A model generated the notes under the pieces. That model did no database searches and had not been told where the DNA came from. It saw only the letters and a list, made by a program, of their open reading frames with translations. Positions 47,796-64,000 of a DNA stretch of 64,000 nucleotides are shown here, one piece after another; within the stretch, counting starts at the first letter, position 1, and each line of letters starts with the position of its first letter. The DNA is from Macrostomum lignano (Eukaryota): positions 1-64,000 of the forward strand of contig NIVC01001695.1 in the NCBI GenBank assembly GCA_002269645.1, written 5' to 3'. The position numbers and the translations under genes were made by a program.

Positions 47796-49329
47796 ATGGA
47801 TCAAGGAATAATACATAAAGTTAAAGTTAAAGATAAAATCCTTTTTAAAATGTATTCTGTCCAAGATATAAATATATATACTAAAACTTCTAAAAAATAT
47901 GGGTGGCCGTGTTATATTTTTGGAACTTATTTAATTATTAATTATATAAAAAACCTACTTGCTCTTCCAAAAAGAAGAATGCCGGAGTATATCCAAGACG
48001 AATTCGATGCGCGTAAAGCTACATCTGATATTAAAAGTGTGGAAATAATTAATTTAGAGAGTTTAAGAAATTCTATGTAGACCCATCTGTAGCTTTTTTA
48101 ATGCATAAGTTATATATTCTTCCCACAATGGTAATTGCCTTTTGATTCGTGGTTCGAATTTTTTATCAATACATAAAAATTCCAATGACTTTTTCAATAA
48201 CATTTCGCTTGGGATGTTGCCCAGTCTTATATGTTTTGTGTTCTCTCTCATAAGAAAATTGAAATAATATTCAACCAGAGTTAAAATCCTCTCGGCGTCT
48301 TTCGAACTTAATCCTTTTCCTTTATTTAAATGAAAAAAGTTATTATATAAATAAACAGTATTTCCGGGGATGGTATTAATTTGTGTGCCGTCTGGCTTTG
48401 AAGGGATGGATGTGAAATGTCACATGATAAATTTCTTATAATTGTGTTTTTGAAATAGTAATATGAGTTTTCAATCTTTTTTGTTTTTTCAAATTGATAT
48501 ATCTTAGCGCATGAATAACACATGTGGTATATTTCTCCATTTGCTGTTTGACCTCTCTGCATAGTAACATTACATTTTTTACATTCATATCTGTCTTTCA
48601 TTTTTTTGTTATTTTTTTAGACTAAAAATGGAAAAAGAAAATCGGTTCAAAACTGATTCTAATGCAATTAATTTTCTAACCACCAATTCTCTGGAACCAA
48701 AGGAGTATGATATAATATGTTTGCGACAGGTTAAATTTATTGGAATTCAATCGATATTTTTACAATTAAACGGGGGAGTCGTTCTGTGCTTAAGTGGTGA
48801 TGATGCTAAAAATTTTCCAACAATTGTTATAAATAAACCTAAAACTTTTATTATGAAATACTCACGAATGGATGGTTTGCAATTTAAAGAAAGACAAGCA
48901 AAAAACAAAAAGGTTGATAGGACTGTAAAATTAGCCGCTGTTTGGGAGGAAGACTAAATTTTTTATAAGAAAATGGCGAGCGTAAAAAACCTTCTGTGCA
49001 CTCACAATAAAGAAATGAATGATATTAATAAAAAATTAAATATAATTAACGAACAGAAATATAGTGATTATGGCGACGATATGTTTCCGATTCGATATGA
49101 ATTAGAAAAAAGAAAGCGTTTTATTATAAAAGCAATTGCTTATGCTGAAACTATTATTGAACAAGAGATCGACCGTCTTGTTAGACGAATAAAAATACTT
49201 CGAAAAAAAGTAAAAGAGTGTTTAAGTTACCCTGCCGATTGTGAAGATAATTGGTGTTCAATAAAATATGAAATGGAAATGGATATTCTACTTAAGGAAT
49301 TACATGCTTTAGTTTTTTGCCGTTATTAG
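47796..49329. CDS. Cluster of small Polinton ORFs: 47796-48080 +, 48063-48251 -, 48326-48601 - (CxxC-CxxC), 48628-48957 +, 48973-49329 +
   Basis: ORF track; several have AAAAATG start contexts; no families recognised. Confidence 0.5.
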
Positions 49330-52300
49330 TTTTTCCGTTAATCTCTTCCAGTTATCCAAGACTTGTTCCTTTTTTAATTTTTTAAATTCTTTTGGAAATG
49401 TTGCATAATAATTTTCTATGTCTTTTTCATATTCTAGATATGTATTATATTCATATTCACATTCGATCGGAAACCGCGTTCCGATGGAAAGATCGTCCTC
49501 GCAATCACAATCGTAATGGTGATTATTTATTGACTCTTTGTATTCTTTATATCTGCTTATTAAATACTCATCTTGTTTTTTATCTTTTATCATGTTTTTA
49601 ATTTCTTCTTTTAAACCATATGGATATGTTTTAATTTTATTATCTAAATACCTTTTATCATCAAATGGGCTTAATGTTTTTTTTATCAGTCTCAATAACA
49701 AACATCTGATGATTATCTGAATTTAATCGATATTGTGGAGCATGATATTTTTCAATTGTACGAGTATTAAGGGATTATTAATCATTAATCTAATAATGCG
49801 TTTTTATAATCAACAAAAGTTATCTTTTTAACTGCTGCCCTTGATACTCCTTTTTTTTACCTCTCCCTCCTGTCCTAAAACCTTAAATGCATAACATTTT
49901 GATCTTATTGCTATAAACTCGGTTATGATTTTGCTATTTAATTCATCTTTCATTTTAAGTACAACTTTCTTATTTTTATCAGATTTTAGAGGATGTTTAT
50001 CCGGATAATCAGAGGTGTCCAATGTATCCTTAATTGTTTCCATATCTTTATAGACGTCCTCAGTTTCAACCTTAAATACCAAACTGTCGGTGTCTGCATA
50101 TATTGGATAGTTATCTGGCCAAGTTTTATTTATAACATCATAATAGTATTCATACATTACTAGCTTTGCATAATCTAAAACAACCATTCCAATAAAGATT
50201 GGTTTAAGAAATTTTGTTTTTTATTGCGCATATGTATTCCCATAAATTCATCATCAAATTTTATAAAGTCTTTAAAGTTAGGTTTGGTCAAATATTTCTT
50301 TGCTTTTTCAATATCCTTTTCTAAATGGAATTGGGTTCTATCTCTAATATTTTCAACCGTTTTTCCATAAAATGCATTATTCATTAATTTCCAATAATCT
50401 TTCTCAAAAGTTGTTTTTGCCATCTGTCTCTGATTTGAATTAAAATCAATATATTTAGCTAACCAATCTTCTTCTATAAATGATATTGTTCGATGTACTT
50501 TGGTTACTTTTAGTCCTTGCTTTTCATAAAATTGTAGAAGCTTATAATGCACTACATAGTTTTTCTTATCAAATAAATTTAGAATTAGCTTCTTTGTTGC
50601 TAGATGTTTTGAATTATCTGCTTTAAGATAATCTTTTTGTGTTTGTGATAAATCATCTTCATTAACTGAACAATGCTCTGGAGCTAGAGGATATTTATAT
50701 GTTGCTGCTTTTGCTTGCCGAGTATATTTTAAATCTACTTTCACTATGCATCCCCTTCCTTTGGGAATGTTTTTATAATAATTGGGATTGTATTCCCACC
50801 GGAAATCGGTAATTGGTAATTTTTGTTTCATACAGCCTCCATATAAATTGTTTGCATCTAGATATAATACATATGATGATTTTTCTTTTTTATTATAATT
50901 AGGTAGATACTTATTATTTACTTTAGTATATCTATCTCCTAGTACCCCTGAGAATCCCCCGCGAATTCCACGCTCAATCATTAACAACATATCATGATCA
51001 GTTAGTAAATCAATTTTTACATCTGTATGTTTTAACCCGCATGCCCATGTTAATCCGGGTGCACTGAAACAATAGGCTGGATCAATTTTAAACTTCTCGT
51101 ATGTATGATTCCTAAAGTTTTCAAACGCATCAGCTAACAGGAGAACATCTGCTTTAAGATATAGGTTATGATAATCTTTAAAAGTTTTACAATCAAAGTA
51201 TTTCCATACTTTTTGTGCATGTTCATAATCCGATTCGGATATGTTAGATTGTGATAATATTGAATAAAACTTTTCGATTGGGGGTAGTTGAGTATCATTA
51301 AATACCTTTTCAGATGTTTCATATTCATATGGATAAACGCCCTTGCGAGTTAATAGTATTAGTTCTTCCTCGGATAGTTTTTCCTTTTTAAATTTATTTA
51401 ATAGTATTGGAAAGTTTTTCTTTATTGTTTCTAAGTCCCATGGTTTTGGAACTAATGATGAAACAACATTCGCTAGGGAGGTTGATAAGAATCTCAAGGA
51501 GTCTAGAAAAACCAGATGGGAATATTTTTTACCATATGTTATTGATATGTAATTTTCTGATGTTTTTGGTAAAATATTTACTTCATATTCATCCTTACCT
51601 AAGTGTAGTAATTCTCGAACAAGGAAATGACAATCATAGCCAGAACCATTATGAAAAAATACTGGTATTTCCTTATATCCTTTTCCTTCTTTTGTGTGAC
51701 ATGATCTACATGCTGCCCCGCGATAAATTCCTGTTAGATAACAATGCTCTTTTATCTTATTCTTATCACTTAATTCCATTTGACATAGAAAACAATTTGT
51801 TGCATTCTTATGGTTATATTTTTCTTTTTCTGTCATAATAATATATTTTGATAATTTACAATATTGATTTTGAATATATTTTAAATACATTAACCAATGA
51901 TTCTACCATATGTTTCGCCGAGTCCATACCATGATAAGTAATTATCTTTGATTTAAAAATATGATCTGCTGCAGAATGTACATATATAGAATAACTATTT
52001 GGATACTGTTGTGCCAATTTTTTTGTGCAGTCGCCCTGAAGGGTCGCGGACTCCGTCCGGTCACCCAATGGAACATTGGTTGCTTCAAAATCAGCATATA
52101 TTACAATTGATTTTTTAATTGACATATAATGTTGTTGGAACTTTAAGATTTTATCTTCACCATATGGCATTAAAACCTTAGTAAATTTATGATCTAAACA
52201 AAATATTTGATGCTTTTTAAGAGCTGTTTCATCCCTTTTAAATGTGAAACAGTTTCTACATAATTGCATTCTATTTCCATTTTCTCTTAAAAAAGAGCTA

Positions 52301-53279
52301 ATATCTTTTATGTATATATAATGTGTTTCATTTCCGCGCTGCATATACAAAAGGTCGATTTGATCTGGTGCTGTTATATCAGTTGCTGGCTTTACTAAAT
52401 AACATCTTTTTTTATACCAATCTTTATCGCCAATTGGAATTTCTTCTGGCTCTTCAATTGTAAATACATTAATATTTAATCCATTCATTTTTTTCAATCT
52501 TATATATATCATCAATGGCTACTGGGTATGATATGTTTTTCATTATTATTTCATCCTCATATTTTCTATAATTATATATTTCATTAACATGGGATTTTAC
52601 TTGTTCATGATATTTATGAATTAATAAACACCATAATAAACACTTATTATCTTTATTGTCTGGATTTATAATCATTGGTGATTTAAAGCCGAGGTTCATA
52701 TAAGATCGTTCTCTAAGAATTTCTATGGGTACAATCTTTACTGTGGCTGAATTACAGGATACAAATATAAACCCTGATCCATTTTCTGTCATCTTATCTA
52801 TCCATTCATCAAACTCTGCTTCTATTTGATCAAATTGATTGTCGTAATTTCTCATTGATAGGAGTCTTATATGATTCTTGTGAAAAGTTATTTATTACTT
52901 CAATTTCTGAATTTGCATTAATCATATTTGGTTTTTTAAATTCTGTTTCAATTTCTATTTTATACTTAATTGGCTGTCGTTTGTTATTTGATCTTTTAGT
53001 ATATCTATCTAGGATGGTCTTTAATTTTGGTTTCATTTGTTTAAAATATTCTTTATAATCAGTATTTATTTCAATATCTATATTTATTACTTCAGCTCCA
53101 TTTTGTCTTTGTGGTTGAGGTTTATCAATATCATTTAATTGTCTTTCTAAACGCATCTCATTTTCTGCTCTGACTCTAGCTTCTATTTCCGCCCTATTGG
53201 CCATTCGTTGTGCTTCTATTTGAGCTATTAATTGTGCTCTAAGTTCTGGGTTGTCGATTTGGGCTAAAATAGCTTCCAT
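49309..53279 (-). pseudogene. polB: Protein-primed family B DNA polymerase (pPolB), broken by multiple frameshifts
   Basis: ExoI VIYADFEA, ExoII FHNGSGYD, KGVYPYEY, ExoIII YLKADVLLLAD, motif A YLDANNLYG, motif B KLMNNAFYGK, motif C IYADTDS, C-terminal KTLSPFDDKR across six overlapping ORFs. Confidence 0.93.
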
Positions 53280-53309
53280 TTTATAGAATAAAATTTATAC
53301 AATGTTTAC

Positions 53310-54263
53310 CTACTCGAGTTCCGCTTTTGGTAAAATTAATTCACTGCCTGAGACATTTGCATTTAAGATGATGCCTGATCCAGCTTTTGGTCTCATTTCA
53401 AGATATAAACCGCTTCCGTCGTGCTTTTCAATTATGTTAAAATCTTTTCCTAATTTGTTAAAAATCTTCTGAACAGCTGGCCTAAAATTGGCTCCGATAT
53501 TGTCAAAAAATCCTTTAGCTTTTTCACCCGTTTTTTTTAAGGTTTGACCAAACTCATGTAATTTATCTGCTACAACTCCGCTTCCGTGGGTTTTTCCTTG
53601 TAAGATTAAACCCTTTCCAGCTGCTAACCTAGCTTCTGCATTTCTTTTTTGTTCTGCTGTTGCCGAGCTACTATTAATGGTATCGATCAGTTTTTGTTTA
53701 AATTGAGCATCCTGTGTTATTTGCTGTCTTTGGAATTCAGCCTCTCGTTTGGCTTTTTCATCCGCAGCTTTTTTGTCATTTACTGCTTTTGCAATTCCAG
53801 CCGCTCCACCTGCTACTCCACCAGCTGCTCCGATTCCCGCAAAAATTATTGGGAGCAAAGTTGCAAGTGGAAGTATACCCCCCTGTTTTAATTTTAATTC
53901 TCCTAGCTGTTTTCGATTATCGTGAATTCTTTTGGCTGCTAAACCGGTTGCTCCAGCTGCTCCGAGTCCTAAAAGAATTGGTAGAATGGGCAATAATCCA
54001 CCATCCTTTTTAGTGTGAGTCTCCAATAAAAATTTCACATCAGATTCTGTTAACCTATAATTTTTATCATTATTCTTAAATGAAACTGGCCTTCCTTCTT
54101 GTGCATATTTTGCAGCAAGTTTAAAAGTATCAAAATTATAATCCAATTTTTTACCTAATCGATCTAATCTTTTTAACATTGTGTGACTGTGTTTACTATC
54201 ATCCAAGTTTAAGGTGTCTACTATTTCTCCTATAAAATATAACCGATCGTTGTCCGAGTCCAT
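53310..54263 (-). CDS. Putative virion core/membrane-active precursor (GG-LLP hydrophobic repeats, GxG-L motifs)
   Basis: KDGGLLPILPILLGLGAAG and KQGGILPLATLLPIIFAGIGAAGG; repeated GKGL/GSGV/GSGL/GSGI. Confidence 0.6.
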   Translation of the reverse strand: MDSDNDRLYFIGEIVDTLNLDDSKHSHTMLKRLDRLGKKLDYNFDTFKLAAKYAQEGRPVSFKNNDKNYRLTESDVKFLLETHTKKDGGLLPILPILLGLGAAGATGLAAKRIHDNRKQLGELKLKQGGILPLATLLPIIFAGIGAAGGVAGGAAGIAKAVNDKKAADEKAKREAEFQRQQITQDAQFKQKLIDTINSSSATAEQKRNAEARLAAGKGLILQGKTHGSGVVADKLHEFGQTLKKTGEKAKGFFDNIGANFRPAVQKIFNKLGKDFNIIEKHDGSGLYLEMRPKAGSGIILNANVSGSELILPKAELE

Positions 54264-54273
54264 TTTTATATTA

Positions 54274-54675
54274 CTAAAACTTCTTTAATCCTTTTCCGCC
54301 TTTAATGCTAGTTAATACTTTATTAAAATCTTGGATATCTTTATTACTTATTGGGTTGCTTTTAGTGGCTGTTTCAGTAGGTTGTGCGGCTTCTTGTGCT
54401 AATTTTAAATCTTTTATTGCTTTTATTTGTGAGAGGGTGTCGTTAAATTCTCTCAATTTTTTAAGTTCCTCAGCTGCCCTAGCCGCTTCTATTCCACCCT
54501 TTACCGCATTGGTTATAGAGCCTGCTGTCGAGCCTGCTTGTCCTATCAAGCCCATATTATCTTTAACCAAATTTGCTGCTGATCCTATCATATCAAAAAG
54601 ACCCTCACCTCGGTATTCAACTGGGTCTCCTACTTGCAATTCATTCAGATTGGATAGTTGGGTAACATGTGTCAT
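54274..54675 (-). CDS. Putative virion core protein (GEG-LFDMI amphipathic segment)
   Basis: 133-aa ORF adjacent to the right TIR; RGEGLFDMIGSAANLVKD, C-terminal GGKGLKKF. Confidence 0.55.
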   Translation of the reverse strand: MTHVTQLSNLNELQVGDPVEYRGEGLFDMIGSAANLVKDNMGLIGQAGSTAGSITNAVKGGIEAARAAEELKKLREFNDTLSQIKAIKDLKLAQEAAQPTETATKSNPISNKDIQDFNKVLTSIKGGKGLKKF

Positions 54676-54683
54676 TTTTGTCT

Positions 54684-55016
54684 ATTTTTAGTAACAGAAA
54701 AAGACCTTCGCGCCTGCGGCGCGTGCGACGGGTTATAGAGTGTTTGTGTGTGTTTGTGCGTGTTTGTGTTTTTGTAGGTATTTGTACGCTTCTAGCCGTA
54801 GACAAACTATTTAAAACAGCATTTTAAGGCTTAGAGGGGGGACACGGGGATTTGATTGGATGTGTTAATAATGTTTTTGATTATTGGGAGTGTTGGGGGT
54901 GTTGGATGGGTGCTAAATGTGTTTTTTTGATTTCCCCCCCGTGTCCCCCCTCTAAGCCTTAAAATGCTGTTTTAAATAGTTTGTCTACGGCTAGAAGCGT
55001 ACAAATACCTACTACT
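54684..55016 (-). repeat. Right terminal inverted repeat
   Basis: Reverse complement of 36927-37256. Confidence 0.95.
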
Positions 55017-55198
55017 GTTGTGTCATTTTGTTAATTTTAGAAAAAATAGTTTCATAGCAAACATCTTTGTCCGTGACCATTTTACGTGACAATAAGAAAT
55101 TTGTTTTTAATGAAATATGCTTTTTTAATGGATTTGCATAAATAATTTTTTCTCCTTGCTTATTGACCGCCCCCGAAGGGGGGGCACAATATGGCTAG
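55017..55198 (+). mobile_element. 3' part of the interrupted Helitron-like element
   Basis: Matches reverse complement of ~23773-23985 (CATAGCAAACATCTTTGTCCGTGAC); GC hairpin 55169-55185 then CTAG|T at 55195-55199. Confidence 0.65.
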
Positions 55199-55639
55199 TC
55201 CTATATACTAAAAGCCCACAAATGCAAGCTGCTTTGATAAGACAAAGTCTCAAACACATTTGATAACAGGTATAAGAATTCAATATCCCGAAGGGTTCAA
55301 GTGTATATTATGCTGGCTGCTCGAAACTCGTGTTTAAACTGATAGTTTGATTGACAAAAAAGAGATAAATAAGTTCAAAGACAAAAGCCAGTTTCTATAG
55401 TGTTAAAATAACAGAATTGAAATAACGCATAAACATGTAAATATTATGCTATTGGATAAGTTGTGCTGATAAGAACATGGGAATCACCTAATTTTTTAAA
55501 CATATCAATGCCATGTACTTGTAACAACGCAAAAATGTTTAATAACTTTCAAATAAATTTGCTATGTGGTAAACTGTGTACTTACATTTACGAAGTGAAA
55601 TATATCGTAAAACGTGAAGCTCTATGAATGTAGAAATAG

Positions 55640-55930
55640 ATTGCTAATCTAGCCCACAAGGATGCAGGAATAGAATGGATTGCTAATCTAGCCCACAAGG
55701 ATGCAGGAATAGAATGGATTGCTAATCTAGCCCACAAGGATACAGGAATAGAATGGATTGCTAATCTAGCCCACAAGGATGCAGGAATAGAATGGATTGC
55801 TAATCTAGCCCACAAGGATGCAGGAATAGAATTGATTGCTAATCTAGCCCACAAGGATACAGGAATAGAATGGATTGCTAATCTAGCCCACAAGGATGCA
55901 GGAACAGAATGGATTGCTAATCTAGCTCAT
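55640..55930. repeat. ~40-bp minisatellite (ATTGCTAATCTAGCCCACAAGGATGCAGGAATAGAATGG)
   Basis: Direct reading. Confidence 0.9.
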
Positions 55931-56371
55931 GCGGATCATGCAGGCATAGAGTCAATTGCTTACTAAGCAAGGGCCCAAGGACCTTGAACCTTAGGATTTT
56001 TTACGCTTGGAGAGTAACAACACTTTTTAGAGCCGGAATAATTCAAAAGGGTTAGAAATGACTAAGTGTGCAGGGTTAGAAATTAGTATGTCGTTACTGT
56101 GAGTAGATATCAGTGAATATTCGCATATAACTCGGACAGCGATATGTTTTCAGTTTTGCTCATTCTCAAATTCACGGCTTTAGTAGAATGACGGGAGACT
56201 TCATTTCTTAGAAAATTTTAAGGCTTGCTGTTCGCAACAAACAATGAATAAGTGAAAATATGGAAACGTTGCATGGAATGAAGTCTTTAAAAAGAATTTG
56301 GTTGCATTAAGCCAGACTTTAAAGATTCTAAGAAGCAAGGCTTTCCCGTCCTACTCGAATCCCCATTTAGT

Positions 56372-62790
<6,419 letters not shown>

Positions 62791-62929
62791 GTCAGAGTTT
62801 AATGACAAGTGTCAAATCTTGTAAATCTTGGTTGTCAGGGCCCTGACCCAAGGACCACAAAATGAAGTTTCCTTTGTTGGATTAATCGTTGTTATTAAAT
62901 TTTTTTGACAAGCCCACAGGAATTGCTGC

Positions 62930-64000
62930 GAAAGCACCTCCATGAGCCTTGAGAGTTGGCCCTAGAATGTCTCAATGCAAGGCATGTACATCCATGAGCC
63001 TTGGAGTTGGCCCTAGAATGTCTCAATGCAAGGCATGTACACTCCATGTGCCTTGGGAGTTGGCCCACGGACTGTCTCAATGCAAGGCATGTACATCCAT
63101 GAGCCTTGGAGTTGGCCCTAGAATGTCTCAATGCAAGGCATGTACACTCCATGTGCCTTGGGAGTTGGCCCTAGAATGTCTCAATGCAAGGCATGTACAC
63201 TCCATGTGCCTTGGGAGTTGGCCCACGGACTGTCTCAATGCAAGGCATGTACATCCATGAGCCTTGGGAGTTGGCCCACGGACTGTCTCAATGCAAGGCA
63301 TGTACACTCCATGAGCCTTGGGACTTGGGAGTCACACTTTTAATATTATAAGCCTTTAATATTTAAAGGCTTATAATATCTTTTAATATTTTAATATTAT
63401 ATAATATTAAAAGTTCATCTCGGATCAACTGCAGAAGTATGAAAATTTATTATTCCCGATACTTAATTTGCTTCCATCATCTTTGTTAATCTCTCTAATG
63501 CTCCTCATAAACTTGATGTTCTGACAGTTTACACTTGTTCTGAGCCCTAACTTTAACGGTGACTGTCTTGAGAACTCCAGAGAATCGGTGCCATGTTTTT
63601 AAAAACCGCTTGGCGCCACATTTTTTAAGAGATTAGAAACGGCGCTCTAAACCACGCTCATAGAATCGGCGCCACAATCCCTAATCGGCGCCACAATCTA
63701 GAATCGGCATCACAATCTAGAATCGGCATCACAATCTAGAATCGGCATCACAATCTAGAGATAACGCCACAATCTCTAATCGGCGCCACAATCTAAGATC
63801 GGCGCCTTAAACTAGAATCGGCGCTAAAATCTAGAATCGGCGCCACAATCTAGAGTTGGAGCTACACAATCAGAATAAGCGCCACAATCAGAATCGGCGC
63901 CACAATCTAGGATCGGTGCCTTAAACTAGAATCGGCGCTAAAATCTAGAATCGGCGCCACAATCTAGAGTTGGCGCTACAATCTAGACTCGGAGCCACAA
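62930..64000. repeat. Two further minisatellites: ~62930-63330 (TCTCAATGCAAGGCATGTAC..) and ~63660-64000 (TAGAATCGGCGCCACAATC)
   Basis: Direct reading. Confidence 0.85.

Larger units (their letters stand above)
36927..55016. mobile_element. Full-length Polinton/Maverick (adintovirus-like endogenous virus), 18,090 bp
   Basis: AGTAGT at 36927 and ACTACT ending 55016; 6-bp TSD GTTGTG at 36921-36926 and 55017-55022; ~330-bp TIRs; pPolB, integrase, ATPase, protease, MCP and mCP all present; abrupt switch to AT-rich, intron-poor, gene-dense DNA. Confidence 0.97.

Noticed and set aside
51343-54691. Antisense ORFs within the Polinton (e.g. 51407-51838, 53714-54013, 54305-54691)
   Set aside because: Shadows of the real genes on the opposite strand, with no start motif or recognisable domain.
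36927-55016. Contaminant viral contig mis-joined into the assembly
   Set aside because: Perfect 6-bp TSD, and both flanks are halves of the same host repeat.
63343-63379. Perfect 17-bp-arm AT-rich palindrome
   Set aside because: Isolated, AT-rich and between minisatellites, with no associated element or second copy seen.

Overview
Eukaryotic (invertebrate-like) genomic DNA with GC-rich spliceosomal exons and very many micro- and minisatellites; the style is reminiscent of a flatworm such as Macrostomum, which I cannot verify. Host genes are an SLC4A11-like anion transporter (minus), UBE2E (plus), a PLP/M6-like four-TM protein (plus) and a glutaminase homologue lacking its catalytic Ser/Lys (minus). 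The main feature is a complete 18,090-bp Polinton/Maverick (adintovirus-like) endogenous virus at 36927-55016. It has AGTAGT..ACTACT ends, ~330-bp TIRs and a perfect 6-bp TSD (GTTGTG), and it is inserted into a non-autonomous Helitron. It encodes pPolB, integrase, major and minor capsid, packaging ATPase, cysteine protease, a fibre-like protein and core-like proteins; several genes carry frameshifts or stops. Most notable: a 306-nt Tetrahymena-type (subgroup IC1) group I self-splicing intron at 39274-39579 (minus) interrupts the Ca-binding loop (NFAG|PGT) of a phospholipase A2 domain fused in frame to the integrase. A free-standing HNH endonuclease gene lies immediately upstream, an arrangement suggesting collaborative homing. 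All calls are by eye; no searches were run.
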